Source: Carcharhinus amblyrhynchos (Eukaryota). Taken from it: a stretch of 64,000 nucleotides of DNA. Numbering within the stretch: the stretch's first letter is position 1; each line of letters begins with the position of its first letter. The stretch lies in NCBI GenBank assembly GCA_965287045.1, contig OZ336874.1:46810001-46874000 (forward strand), read 5' to 3'. The notes below the pieces were generated by a model. The model was not told where the DNA came from. It saw only the letters and a program-made list of their open reading frames with translations, and made no database searches. Position numbers and translations under genes: made by a program. This document shows, piece after piece, positions 39,763-52,372 of this stretch.

Positions 39763-40883
39763 CTGTGATGTATACATTGAAAATCAAAACCATTCAAAAA
39801 TTAAACAGGGCATTTTAAAGTAGGAAAAAAAGTATCACAAATTAAATAAAAGCAAAACCAATTTCTAGCTTAATTATAAAAGATGGAGAAATGTATTGAA
39901 AACAATTTATGTTTTACACTTAAAGATAATTATTGATTTTTGTTCCAGAATGACTTCCTATGGCATAAATATTATGCAGGGGGTGGAAACTTAGCAAATA
40001 TCGAATTATGGGCTACTTTTGGAAGACAGAAAGGAAAGCCACACATGTTGTCTGGTTTGTGCTATCCTAACCCGATTGCGAGTACTTCATTGATTTTTAA
40101 CGCTAAAAATTTTGCTCCACGCAGCTTTACTCGCGGAGAAGGTATTTCAAAACTAAAAGAACTTTTTGAAATAGGCAATTTCTTATTTTATTCAAATTGA
40201 TTGCAGCCTTTCCCTGTCCCTATACATTTTTGGAACCCCATTTTGCATTGCACGCCCTCCCTAGAGATTTTCCATACAGAAAAACTGACCTTTTTTTCCC
40301 TCACAGCAAAAGATCTAATTACTTTTTTCTGCAAGTCCTTAAATGAAACGGTCTGTAGGCTTACAAATACTAAAATTGGGAAAAGCCAATATCGTTCACT
40401 TTGGAGTCTTGAGAACTGCAATTAAAGCTGTTTAGCCGATCAACTTTAACTCTGGCTTGTGAAGCCGCCGAATAGTTTTTTTTAAATAAGGTCAAGATGA
40501 TTCTCGGTTTGGAGGGACAAGTGCTGGAGATATCGTGACCTATCTGCTTTCAGTACAGACGATGAGTGATCTGTGTATTTTCAGTATTTGGAGCTTTCGC
40601 TTTTTTTAAAAACCTTCCCAACTGTAAGTGCAGCTGATCACTGTTACAGACGAATACAGGCTGAAGGGGATTTCTCGAAAGAGATCCGGGAAACCTCCAA
40701 GAACGTATTTAATTCTAACTTACTGTAAAAGTTAGTGGATGACAGCTCAGCGACAATTCTACTTTTACATTAAAATTTGCAGCCACAGCAGGTAATATTC
40801 CAGTCCTTGTGTTTTGAACATTACAAAACATATTCAAACCTATATACATTGCTTTTTTAAAAAAATAGAAATGGTGTGTATAC

Positions 40884-41065
40884 CCTCTCAACATATCATG
40901 TCCTCTTCTCCTCACTTTGGCTGCTGCTGCTTCCCTCATTTCATTTGGATTGTATCTTTGTGCTTCAAAGCTCCTTGGATATTGCTGTCCAGTCACTTTT
41001 TCCACCACGATGCCTGCAATTGCTACACATCCCAGCAGAAATTTCCAACAGCACCGTATCCCCAT
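40884..41065 (-). CDS. FBN2: Fibrillin (FBN2-like; FBN3 not excluded), coding exon 1: signal peptide and N-terminal propeptide
   Basis: ATG at 41065 gives MGIRCCWKFLLGCVAIAGIVVEKVTGQQ...AAAAKVRRRGHDMLRG, which resembles the FBN2 motif RVRRRG..DVLRG. The exon ends at GG|gtatac (phase 2) and joins the next exon to give G-PNVCGSRF. Confidence 0.9.
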
Positions 41066-41860
41066 TCCGGGAACACGCTAGCTCCTTGGCTTGTTAAAGG
41101 ATTTCCAGATCACGTTTCAAGAATAACTTCACAGTCTTGTTGACCCGATTAGTATTCACTTTATAACTCGGGTTCCTCTCAGTTGTTCATAAAAATCTGA
41201 CAAACCTACGGTTTTCTTAAAGTTGGCAAAAAGGAAAAATATCAAAAAAATTTGCTTCGACTGCGACTTAATGCAGTGACACCACCACCCCTCAAAAAAA
41301 TCAATCTAGGGTAGGGAAGGGAGCAAAACGCATGAATGTAAAGACTTTTTTTTAAGGTGTTGCTGTTTAAGAGAACTGAAGCCTGCCTGGGATCTTTGCA
41401 AAAAGCCGCCACTCCAGCGAGCTGAGACTGAGAGGCTACAGAGAGAGCCGGGGCTTTTCACTGGTTGCTGTCAATGGAGAGAGTGTGAGCACGTGGGTTT
41501 AGGGGAGGACTTAATCCAGACGAGAGAGGAGCTTCCCTCTGCTGTCTCACTCACACATTCCAATACTCCACTGGGTGGTGCAAACGAAATGGGAGAGGCG
41601 TCGAATATGGACTTTCTCCATTTCTTGCTTCTTCCACCCCCATTGTTTTGAAATGAGGTAAAGTCGTTTTAAATCATCGGAGAGATTACTTCAGAAGTTG
41701 TTCCTTTTCCTTGTACGCGTTTGCATAAAAGATACTTTATCCCTATATCGCGAACAGGCAGCAATGTATTTCCCGGAAATCTTTCCCACATATCGCAGAC
41801 GCACAGCTGCTCATTTGCTGAGGGTCGCCGACTGCACACCTGTGCTCACTTGAGCAACCG
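41066..41860 (-). promoter_or_regulatory. Fibrillin 5'UTR / proximal promoter region
   Basis: Transposon-free and locally CpG-enriched relative to the window, directly upstream of the ATG. Contains an E-box CACGTG (~41490) and ATTTCCCGGAAAT (41768-41780). The TSS cannot be determined from sequence alone. Confidence 0.55.
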
Positions 41861-42620
41861 TCACCCACCAATCTAACTACCCCATAAACCACTTTCCCAA
41901 CCCCCTGTTCCTATCCCAACTCCGTCTCTTTTCCCACCTACCTAACTACCCCGGTCCTCTCCCACTTCCGTGCCTAAACCCCTTCCGACCCTCTCCCTTC
42001 TTACCCCCTCGTAACACCTTCCCAACCCTCTTCTTTCCCACCTCCATCTACCCATGTGCCTACCTCCCTGCCCCTCCTATCACCTCCCCAGTGCCTGGTC
42101 CTTTCCCACTTCCCCTACACTTTGCCTTACACACTCCCCACCTAACTAATTGCACCCTGAAACCATTTTCCCAACCCTCAGCCCTTTCCAATCTCCATCC
42201 CTACACTCCTTTTTGACCCCTCCACATCTCCCTTCCCAACTCCTGTCCATTTGTCTCCCCCCCCCCCCCCCCCCCCGCTACAGAACTGCTCCCTCCTACC
42301 ACCTTCTATCTATTCCACTTCCCTCCCTGCATATCACCACCTCCCTATCTGCCCCTTTCCAGCAACTATCTCTGCAACCCACTGCCCTCCTGGAGCTGCC
42401 CCCTTCTCCCCAACTCTATCCCTACACTGTCACAACACCCTTCCACCTCCCCTTCTCCATTTCCAATCTTTGACCCACACACCCTCCTCTCATCTTCCTG
42501 CCTCTCACCTCTGCTTCTGTCCCCCATGCTGTCCCATTACTACCCTGCCTCATCATTACCCTCTTAACTTCCCCCCACATAGCACCCTCCTACTTTGCTC
42601 TTCCCTTCCTCTTTGCAATC
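41860..42620. repeat. Pyrimidine (C/T)-rich low-complexity tract including a C20 run
   Basis: About 760 bp with very few G on the + strand and many CCC runs; C20 at 42257-42276. Confidence 0.85.
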
Positions 42621-44845
42621 TGGAAGCAGCAGACCCTGTTCATCGTACAGAAAATCTTTCAAACTCCTAGAATTGTGTCCTATTTCCATGGGTAAAAAAA
42701 AACACTTTACCACAATTCCTCACAATCTTTTACAATATCCTACAGTTCATTTGAGCAACCTGCTGGAAATCCCCTAATATAAAAAATCTATTTTAGAACA
42801 TAGAACACTACAGCACAAACAGGCCCTTCGGCCCACTAGTTGCACCAACTAAAATTAACAATGAGCACTGGTTGTTAGATCTGCATGTGTAATTGTCAAT
42901 ATTATGACTCGTGATGTCACAATTTATTATACACCTTTTGTTAGCATTACAATTTATCAAAATTGTTTACCTTTATATACATGTCTAAATAAGTTGAGTA
43001 AACCTACAAGTTGTGCATACTTCTTAAAACCATAAAATAGCCACAGGAATTTTTTTGTCAAAACATGCAACTTGGCTTTTTATAAACACCACTATTGAAA
43101 ATCCATTGTCAATAAAACTCTCTCTGATACATTCTCTTTGCAACTTCAGTTCTACCTCAAAGTGGTTTCCATTTTACAATGCCTGTAAAGTTTTAGTATA
43201 AACCTGGAGTTGGGATGCAACCAACTGTGAAGAGAAGCAATTTGGGGCTGTGTGGAAGACACAATCTCTCTTCAGTTAGATTTGACACCACAAGCAATAC
43301 AACCAAATTTAAACATTGCCCAGGGCATCCACCGTTACCGCCTAGACACTCTTGAAACCTGTCTGGAGTTAATTTAAATGTTTAAACAGTGCAGATGCTT
43401 TCACCCATGCTCTTTGGGATGTTCTGAGGTCATGAAAAGCAACTTCCTCTTCTCCTTCACATGTTTAAATTTTAACTATTAAGAGAGCAGCTCTGTACAT
43501 GTGTGTAGCCAGGCATGTGCTAAACTCTGGTCAGGATGATGGAATTCCAGTCAGGAAATTTAAATAGGGCAACAATCAGATTCAAACTTGTATTGCTGTG
43601 TTAGATAGGCTAGATAAAACAGAATTGTTAATACAATCAGGACCACTTACGCACTATTTTTAATAGGTATCTTTCCTCTGTATGTTGAGTTAGCCCCGTC
43701 CCATATTTAATAACAGCCTTCTTGCCATCTCTGCTTCCCCTACATAAAATCACAGTGCTGCGTGTTGTCAGAACAGACATCTGTGACTGACTTCGAATTG
43801 TTGGCATTCAACTCTGATTAAAAAGAATCCGAGTAACAAGTAAGAACACAAAATTTCTAAATATAAAAATAATTATTGAAAAATGACAAACTAAATCCAA
43901 CAATTCCTTTTCAGCAAAAAGGCTGTACAGCTGTAGGACCCTAAAAATAACCTCAATTGTAAAACCAAACATTGGACATTATTTAACATTTAAATTTGAA
44001 TTATGAACAAAGATGCTATTCTATAAATAATGACATTTCCCCAAATTATTTCCAAGGCAATGACCTTAGTCCAACTGATTCGACATGGAATGTAGAGTTA
44101 CAAGCATTATAGGATGTTAACTAGTTTTATTCATGAGGTATTCCGGAAAGTAACAATTTATATTCTATGCCAAAAAATTAACAGAGACTGCCTTATGTGC
44201 CACGTATACTAATTCATACTGTCAATACAATACCCATAGTGTTGCTACTAAAATCCTGCCATCATTTAAGATGTTTTTTTTGATATTTGGAATGTTGCCA
44301 TTTTTTTCAAACAAGCGATACCACCAAGCCAAGGTTGACCATATTTCCTCCTCTGCCTCCATTGTTATCTAAATTCAGGATTTTTTTAATGAACCTTCAT
44401 CTTGAATAAATGGTACATCCCTCCAGGATCTGCTAATCTGCCGTATTTACTAAATAAACAGTCCTTTGAATACCCTCGCTTATACTGATTTCCTTTCAAT
44501 GCTACTTTACAATAAAATTCCAAAGTTCATACTTCACATCGTTTTGATACTTTTATATGAAACAAATGTGAATTACCTTAGTTGCTTTAATAATGAATTA
44601 ATTTGGTACTTAGTCCTCAGTTCTTTTCCAGACATGGAAGTCGGACATTCTGCTATACTCTGTGAGTGGCCGGTCTTGGTGATAATCATAAATTCAGAAT
44701 TTTGTAAGTACAGACACTGAATTCTGTCATCTGCTATCTTGCTGAGTTGCTTCAACTAAGAGATATACCTCTAGAAATGCCATGAGATAAATATAAGCAA
44801 TGTTCTGCAGATATTATAAATCTGAAATGAAAATAGAAAATGCTT

Positions 44846-45270
44846 TGATTTGATATATTATTGTCACAAATATTAGCATACAGTGAAAAGTATTGTTTCC
44901 TTCATGCTATACAGACAAAACATGACATTCATAGAGAAGGAAGCAAGAGCACGCAGAATGTAGTGTTACAGTCATAGCTAGCGTATAGAGAAAGATCAAC
45001 TTAACGCAAGGTAGGTCCATTCAAAAATCTGATGGCAGCAGGGAAGAAGTTGTTCTTGAGTTGATTGGCACGTGATCTCACAAGTTTTTACCTTTTTCCT
45101 GATGGAAGAAGGTAGAAGAGAGAATGTCCGGGATGCGTGGGGTCCTTAATTATGCTGGCTGCTTTGCCGAGCAGTGGGAAGTGTAGACAGAATCAATGGA
45201 TGGGAGGCTGATTTGCGTGATGCATTGGCTACATTCATGACATTTTGTAGTTTCTTGTGGTCTTGGGCAG
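44846..45270 (-). mobile_element. Rex1/Babar LINE 3' end, inserted in a Penelope pLTR (44800-44845 and 45271-45355)
   Basis: Reverse complement matches 6750-7160 (AQSITQ..LPSIDSVYTSHC..KAA) and has the tttga-repeat tail. Confidence 0.85.
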
Positions 45271-45394
45271 ATGCTGGAAATATCCAGAAAGTTAGGCAGC
45301 ATTGGCGGAGAGAGATGTAAAGATAACATTTTAGGGTAATGTCCTTTCATTAGAAGTGAATGCCCTGGTCTTTAAAATACAAAATTAGTACTTC

Positions 45395-45667
45395 CGGCAC
45401 AGTGGTTAGCACTGCTGCCTCACAGCTCCAGGAAACTGAAATTAATTCCCGACTTGGGTCACTGTCCATATGGAGTTGCACATTCTCCCCTAGATTGTGT
45501 GAGATGTGTGGGTTTGGTGGATTGGCCATGGTCAGTTGCCTCTTAGTGTCAGGGAGAATAGCTAGGGTAAACACATGGGGTTATGGGGATAGGGCTTGGA
45601 TGGGACTGTGTTTGGTGCAGACTCGATGGGTCACATGACCTCCTTCTGCTCTGTAGGATTCTATGAA
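45395..45667 (+). mobile_element. HE1-type V-SINE with CR1 tail
   Basis: Head ggcacagtggttagcactgctgcctcacag and tail gtgcagactcgatggg...ggattctatga. Confidence 0.85.
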
Positions 45668-46499
45668 TCCATTAGCTTTTATTTTTTAAACATTTAATTC
45701 TGTTGCATATCATATTTAGTTATTGTGGAAAGAGGATTCTGGCTGAAAAAATTTGTAAAAAATTGAAGGATGTCTTTGACTTCACTTCTCAATTTGCTTT
45801 TTATTGGCAAGGCAATGTGTTTTAAATTACTAATGAGTAATTTCAATTCCCACTTGCTAAGTGTGGATTGATGCATCATTATTTATTCAGTTTTAATTTG
45901 TTGCTGTTTCATGATAACTTTAATTGATAAACACAACACCAGGGTGCCGTGGACAAACTGTGTGTTATATGCAAAACTTACAGATAAAGCAAATATCCCA
46001 TGGCATTGCTCATGGACAGCCTTAGGTAATACTTGTTGTTTAAAAGAGGGCTGCTGGAATTCTGAAGGGGGGGGGGGATGCAAATTTCTGGAGGAAATAG
46101 CTGGGATGAAATTTCTAAGAGATCTACAAAGCAGGTTTAATTATTTTTAATTTGTTCCTGAAAAATGAATAATTAGTTTTTTTACCAGTTTAGATGTAGA
46201 AATGTACCATTTTGTTCATTTATATACATTTACAAAGATAAGTAAATAAATCTTGACATAGCCTATACTATTCATGATGTACTCTTTTATAACAAGGCTG
46301 AGAAATGTACAACATTTGGTATAGTCTTTTTTTTATTTCTGCTTTTCATCTGTATCAAACATCTGGAACCACACTTATTGTATTTAAGCAGAAGCTTTTT
46401 GGCACCAGTCAATCTCACATGCAGAATTGGTAACTTCCAGTGTGCCTTTGTCTGCTCAATATCTAGATGAAAGTGAATGGGATTCGAAATTTGAACAGA

Positions 46500-49400
46500 T
46501 GCCTCTTGACACTGCACTCTGGATCATCTGAATGGTAGTTTGTCAAAACAGATTGACCAGAGTTGCAAAACCCATTGAAATACATACATTGATCTGCACT
46601 AATATCATTCAAAGTATTAATATGGATCAATGTGCAAATTTCAATACCCCACACAGGTATAATTTGAAGAATTGAACCATATATACCAAGAAAGTAGCCT
46701 GTGCAACATTTCTTGCCCGGAAGGGTGAATATTATCCATATTGGAAAAGCAGCTAACAAGAATAGATCTTAACAACAGCAATAATTTACATTTGTTATAG
46801 TCAATGTAGCCTACTGTAAACAGCCACTTCAATATGTTAAATGCCAGTTTCAAGAATTTTCTTGGGGTTTTTTCTAATTAACCACTGCAGCTTTAGCAGA
46901 ACAAATTTATCTAAATGTTTATCCATTATGATCAGTACACCTTCTGAGAAAATTCCAGGTGCTAATTTTCCTTTACGGAACAAAATAGTTAGTACTTGCC
47001 GAAAGACAAATTTACCTATTGTACCAAAACATAATTCTGAGCAGTTTTGCATTGCTTCTGCATAATAGAGGAAGTAAGATTGCTCTAAAACAAGTACTAA
47101 TATGATTTATGATTGACCAGTTTTACTGCCAATTTACAAAAAAGTGTCTAAATGGTATACATAAGTGCGTATGGGGAGTTGCAGTCTGCCAGCATATATT
47201 TCTTCAGCTTATGGTAGTCAATCTGGGAACTTGGTTTGGACTTTCCACATAGCATAGTTTTCATGGAAAAGAATGTTACAATTATTTCAGAAACAGCAAA
47301 TATTATTGCCTGGTAAACATTGTCTTTTATTGTCACGTCCTTATTTATACTGGAGAAACAAGATGTTAGAAGCGAAGTTTTTTCAAAAAGTATTTTCAGG
47401 GATTTTAATTTGTTCAACTTGGTATTTCAGTGGTAGACATGACTGGCTGTTCAGGATTGATGCTATAATTTCATCCAAATTGTCATCCTGCTGAATGAGG
47501 TGTCATGATAAATCTGTAAAGTGAGAAAGTTGGGTAAATAAGGAGAATGTAAACTTTTTTATTCACACAAACATGAACATTTTAAGATGGATTTTTTAAC
47601 AATAAATGCACTAAGAGAGAAATTTAACTTTGGGCATTGTCAAAGTAAGACGTCACAGATTGGTTTGCCCAACAGCTGCCAGACTGAAGTTATATATTGT
47701 TTCAAATTTACATCCTTGTCATTAAAGCATTGGTTGCTGCTTTCCAATTGCCTGAAATTTTGCCTTGTTAAGATAAGCTTACCTTGGTTGGATATCTCAA
47801 AGGATTTGAAAGTGTGTACTCTTAGGATGACCCACAAAGGAAAGGCTTTGAACAGTCCTGTGGAGTTGATGTGTTTTTATCTTGCTGAGTCCATGCAAAG
47901 TTCATAGGAAGAACAATCAGCAGATGTAAAAGTGAAGGAACAAAATGGTGAGTACAAGTTGGATATTACTTGAAGCAATCTGGCATTATTTTGAACCCAA
48001 CTATCTGGGACAAGCATATTTTTCTGCTACTGGAAATTATTACATTGATTAAAAAATGTAAAATATGCATTGTAATGAATATCTCTCACTAAATAGGTAA
48101 ATATAGATAGTGTTCTCCTTTAAGCTTAATAAGGACAAAGCCAAATGATTTAGAATATTTATGAACAGTAATTTAAACAAATTTGATGAATGAACAAATT
48201 TCAACATTCCTGAGAATAAAGACTAAAGGGTTGATTTCTCTATGCCTCTCTTTCCGAGCAGTATACAGCAATAGTATACCCCATTCACATTTCATTTGTC
48301 TAGGGATGTGCACATCATATTTCCTGGATCATCAATAGCAGCCTCTGTAGATCCACCCGTTGGCATCAGCAGTAAGACTATGAGAACTGGGGTACTTGTC
48401 GGCCCCGATGTTTGGGCATCCAACGTGTTGCACTAAGAAATGATGCAGAGAGCTGGGAAAACCTACTCCCATCTCATTTGAAAGACCGCATCTAGTCAGT
48501 ACCTTAATATTCACCCCTCATTAGGAAGCCTTGCAACTTAGAACAAAGAACAGTACAGCACAGGAACACGCCCTTCAGCCCGCCAAGTCTGTGCCGACAC
48601 AAGTGCCTCTCTAATCTAATATTTTCTTGCCTCTATGTGGTCCATATCCCTCTATTCCCTGCTTATTCATGTATCTATCCAGATGTCTGTTGAACATTGT
48701 TATCGAATCTGCTTCCAGCACCTCTTCCAGCAGCCCTTTCCAAGCATTTACTACCCTCTGAAAAAGTTGCCCCTTACTGCCCCTTACATCTCTTTTAAAC
48801 ACGCTCCCCTCCTCCCCGCCCCCGCCCCACCACCTTTAATCCTGGGAAAAATACTCTGACTACCCACTCTATTTAAGCCTGTCACAATCTTGTAAACCTC
48901 TATCAGGTTCCCCCTCTCATCCTCCAACGCTTCAATGAAAACAATCCAAGTTTGTTCAATCTTTCTTCATAGCCCATATCCTCCGAACCAGCCAACAAGA
49001 AGGGGGGTAATATTCTAAGACTCAACTAACTACTCTAATATCTGAATTATGTACGAGATTGTCAGTCAGATAGGAAATTCATGTGAAGTTCTTCCTCAAG
49101 TTGTTAATAACCCTCAGGTTTCTCTTTTTTTGGCATCATGGGCTGAATGGTCTCTTTCTGTGACATAACTTTACTCCAGCTCTATAAAGGTTTTGTAAAC
49201 AGCAACAATTAACTGACCTGAAATTTCTTTGTGCGTAGTGTGTTCTTATGCTACTGACTCTGGAAGTACACACCAATGTTAAAAGATGTGATTGAATTCC
49301 ATTTCATAGTCCTTTGAGACTGAAAATGAAATGATCAGTCATAAACCAAAGTAAAGCCTGCAGATATCAAAAAGAAATTGTGTGTGCAATAAAGAATGGC

Positions 49401-49950
49401 AGGATTGACTACAGCCTACTGAGTGTTGACAATGAAAATTCACTTTTCTTCTTGAGGTTTCCTTGGCCCTTTGATTAAGCTGCCTTTTAACAAGGAACTG
49501 GAAGTGCTGAATAAAAATAGCACATGACAGCTTCACTATATTCACTTGTGTGTTGCTAAATATATGTCCTTGTTTCCAAATAATTTGTTTTATTCCAGTG
49601 AGTTTAATATCCAAGTTCAAAAGCAAAATACTGTGGATGCTGGGAATCTGAAATAAAAATAGAAAATACTGAAAATACTAAGCGGGTCGAAGCATTAATA
49701 TCTAAGCTTAGTAGCAAATTTCAGCAGACAACAATTCATTATAGAATACAAATAGCTGATTCTAGGTGGAGACACAGCTGCATTAGGAAAAAAAAACTGA
49801 TGTGTTTAACTGGACTAGTTCCAATTCAAAAATTCTGACAGTTAAGCAGAAGGTCCCACTGTATCATTCTTCTTGTATATTGCCATTTAACTTGGAATCC
49901 AGGTCATCTGACTGAGAGCTTAGCTCAGAACAATTGATTTATTATAGAAC
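46500..49950 (-). pseudogene. Highly decayed Toll-like receptor-like pseudogene (LRR, LRRCT, TM, TIR)
   Basis: Minus-strand fragments occur in the expected order across frameshifts and stops: LRR-like LNLDIKLTGIKQI (~49580-49620), LSLLSLKENTI (~48106-48138), TMPKVKFLS, LFTQLSHFTDLS and LNKLKSLKIL; LRRCT-like LPGNNICCF*NN..F...KVQ (~47240-47317); TM-like ISTCFRAILLPLLC (~47060-47100); TIR-like DKFVLLKL, KLLLLLR...MDNI (~46730) and WGIEI. Interrupted by CR1 and Penelope fragments. Confidence 0.5.
48538..49000 (-). mobile_element. CR1 LINE 3' end
   Basis: FQRVVNAWKGLLEEVLEADSITMFNRHLDRYM, and a tagaacaaagaac tail. Confidence 0.85.
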
Positions 49951-50028
49951 AAACTATCTTTTTACATATTGTAAGAACTGGTTTAACACACAATTGTAAT
50001 CTGTAAGTATCATAGAATCCCTGCAGTT

Positions 50029-50335
50029 CAGAAGGTCATTCAGCCCATCGAGTCTGCACCGACTACAATCCCACCCAGGCCCTATTCCCGTAACCCCACA
50101 TATTTATCTTGCTAATCCCCTGACAACAGGGTCAATTTATCATGGACAATCCACCTACATCTTCCTCCCTACATCTTCGAACTGTGGGAGGAAACCGGAA
50201 CACCTGGAGGAAACCCACACAGGCACAGGGAGAACATGCAAACTCCACACAGACAGTGACCCAAGGCTGGAATCAAACTCGGGTCCCTGGTGCTGTGAGG
50301 CAGTAGTGCTAACCACTGTGCCATGTGCCACCCCA
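50029..50335 (-). mobile_element. HE1-type V-SINE
   Basis: Reverse complement of the tRNA head, V-domain and CR1 tail (catagaatccctgcag). Confidence 0.9.
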
Positions 50336-50829
50336 TAACTATCTACCTCTTCTTAAAACTTTCCCAGCATACACACACACACACACATACACAAACAAAG
50401 GACACACAGATAGCTTCTACAGAGAAGGGGAGTTAGAAAAATCTTTTAAAGAAAGGAGAACATTTGCTGGGTTCTACACATCGATCTGGAAATCTCTCAC
50501 GTGAAGATGGGCCACTCATCTCAGTAAATGTCTGGTGATTCTCACAAATGGAGCTTCGGCATGAAGGAATATATAGAGCTGGATAGATTCCTTTTGTCTC
50601 AGCTTTGCAAGTTTGGAGACAAATTAGACTCAGATGAGGATTGTTTGACTACAGGTTGAGCAAGTAGAAGATAAATAAAGGGTTAACTCAGAAAATATGG
50701 TTTAGCATGATTTGACGGGTTTGAAGAGGATAGCAGGACTTGAATAAAATGAAGGCATACAAAGAATAGGATGCTCTAGGAACAAGCTACAACCTCATTA
50801 GGAATTTAATTATTAGTGTAATTCTATTC

Positions 50830-51125
50830 TGGTAAAGACCTATTGGATAAACAAGGTAGAAAATTCATTGTATTAAAGAATGTGATTAGATCTGTACAGA
50901 ATTGAACATACTTGTCTGATTAGATATGTATAATAGATGGCTGATGTGATTAGATCTGAACAGACTTGAATATACTCATATGATCTATGTAAAGGATGGC
51001 TGTAATAGAACAACTTTAAGCAGATCCTTCTGATCACTCCCAATAGCCATTGTAAGCGCAGAATAAAATAATATTGTGTGGGAGTTGCTGCGATGTAGGT
51101 TGTTTCTTAAAACTTTTCTTTAACA
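50830..51125 (+). mobile_element. Probable solo LTR with internal ~60-bp duplication
   Basis: TG...TTAACA with AATAAA at ~51062. tgtgattagatctg.acaga.ttgaa.atact occurs at 50881 and 50945. Confidence 0.5.
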
Positions 51126-51544
51126 ATGTTGATAAGCACACGTTTTAGGAAGGGCAGGGAAAGAGAGAATCAGTTAGGGTAGCCTTCCTTCATAACTTAT
51201 TATCCACAAATGTTGAATTCAAACTAACAGGTTCAAAACTTGAAGCTTTCTCTGTTACGTGATTTCTAGTAAGTCACTAGCCTTTGCCATTTTTCAGTTC
51301 CTCCACCTCCTCCCCCACCCGCATCAATCAAAGCAATTGTAGTTCAAAACAGACAAAAAATCTTCACCCTTAAGTTCCATATAAGTCAGATGATTTGTTT
51401 AAAAAGGTGTTCTCTCACTCCAAAGAGGAATTTATGACCATTTTGCAAAGAAAAACTCCAAGTGCCGAAATGATGCAATGTCTTTTCAAATTTTAAAAGA
51501 ACAATCCAATTCATGAGGATATGGTTTTCCCCAACAATTTACTA

Positions 51545-52160
51545 ACTCATGGAAAGCAGAGAGTTGGGATTAATGGGTATTTTCAATTTGGCAAACTTTA
51601 ACTAATGAAGTGCCACAGGGATCTTTGCTGGGGCCTCAACTATTTACAATCTATATTAGTAACTTGGATGAAAGGACAGAGTGTATTGTGGCCAAATTCG
51701 CTGACAATACCAAAATAGATGAGGAAGCAAGTGTGAGGAGAATATAAAGAGTCTGCAAAGGACTAGAAATAGTTTAAGGTGAGCAGAAAAATGGCTTTTG
51801 GAGTATAATGTAGGAAAATGAGAGATTATCCAGAAAATTAGAGTGTTGTTTAAATGGCGAGAGACTACAGAATGCTGCAGTAAGACACGTACGAGTCACA
51901 GAAAGTCAGCATGCAGGTAATGTTGATTATTAGGAAGGCAAATGTAATGTTGGCCCTTAATTTCAAAGGAGATGGAGTATAAATGTAGGGACACCTTGTT
52001 CTAACTGCACAGGGGATTAGTGAGACCATGCCAAAAGTACTATGTACAGTTTTGGTCTGCATTAGAGGCAGTTGAAAAAAGGTTCACTAGATTGATTTGT
52101 GGAATGAAGAGATTGTCTTAAAGGAAGGATTTAACAGGTTGTACCTATATTCATCAAAGC
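51545..52160 (+). mobile_element. CR1 LINE RT fragment
   Basis: EVPQGSLLGPQLFTIYISNLD...KFADNTKI. Confidence 0.9.
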
Positions 52161-52270
52161 AGTGTTTGACTGAGTGTGACATCAAGGAGACCTAGAATAA
52201 TGAAAGACAATGTGAATCATGTGGGAAAACTCTCCACATGTTGGAATCATATCCAGTACAAAGGAAAATA

Positions 52271-52372
52271 GTTCTGATGAAGGATCATCCAGACTCAAAA
52301 CGTTAGAACTGGTTTCTCTCCACAGATGCTGTCAGATCTGCTGAGGTTTTCCAGCATTTTCTGTTTTTGTCG
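52271..52372 (+). mobile_element. Penelope-like pLTR fragment with hammerhead-like core
   Basis: ctgatgaaggatcatccagactcaaaacgtt...cacagatgctgtcagatctgctg. The flank caaaggaaaat is duplicated at 52260-52270 and 52373-52383. Confidence 0.75.

Noticed and set aside
40715-40883. Read-through portion of the 116-aa ORF after ...DMLRG
   Set aside because: Intronic. The GT donor at 40883 splices in frame to the conserved exon 2.
41179-41190. Tiny upstream ORF ATG AAC AAC TGA on the minus strand
   Set aside because: It is unknown whether this lies in the mature 5'UTR, and such short uORFs are common by chance.
42150-42670. Pro-rich ORFs of 107 and 139 aa
   Set aside because: Artefacts of the C-rich low-complexity tract. 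The same applies to 54511-54981 and 61958-62449.
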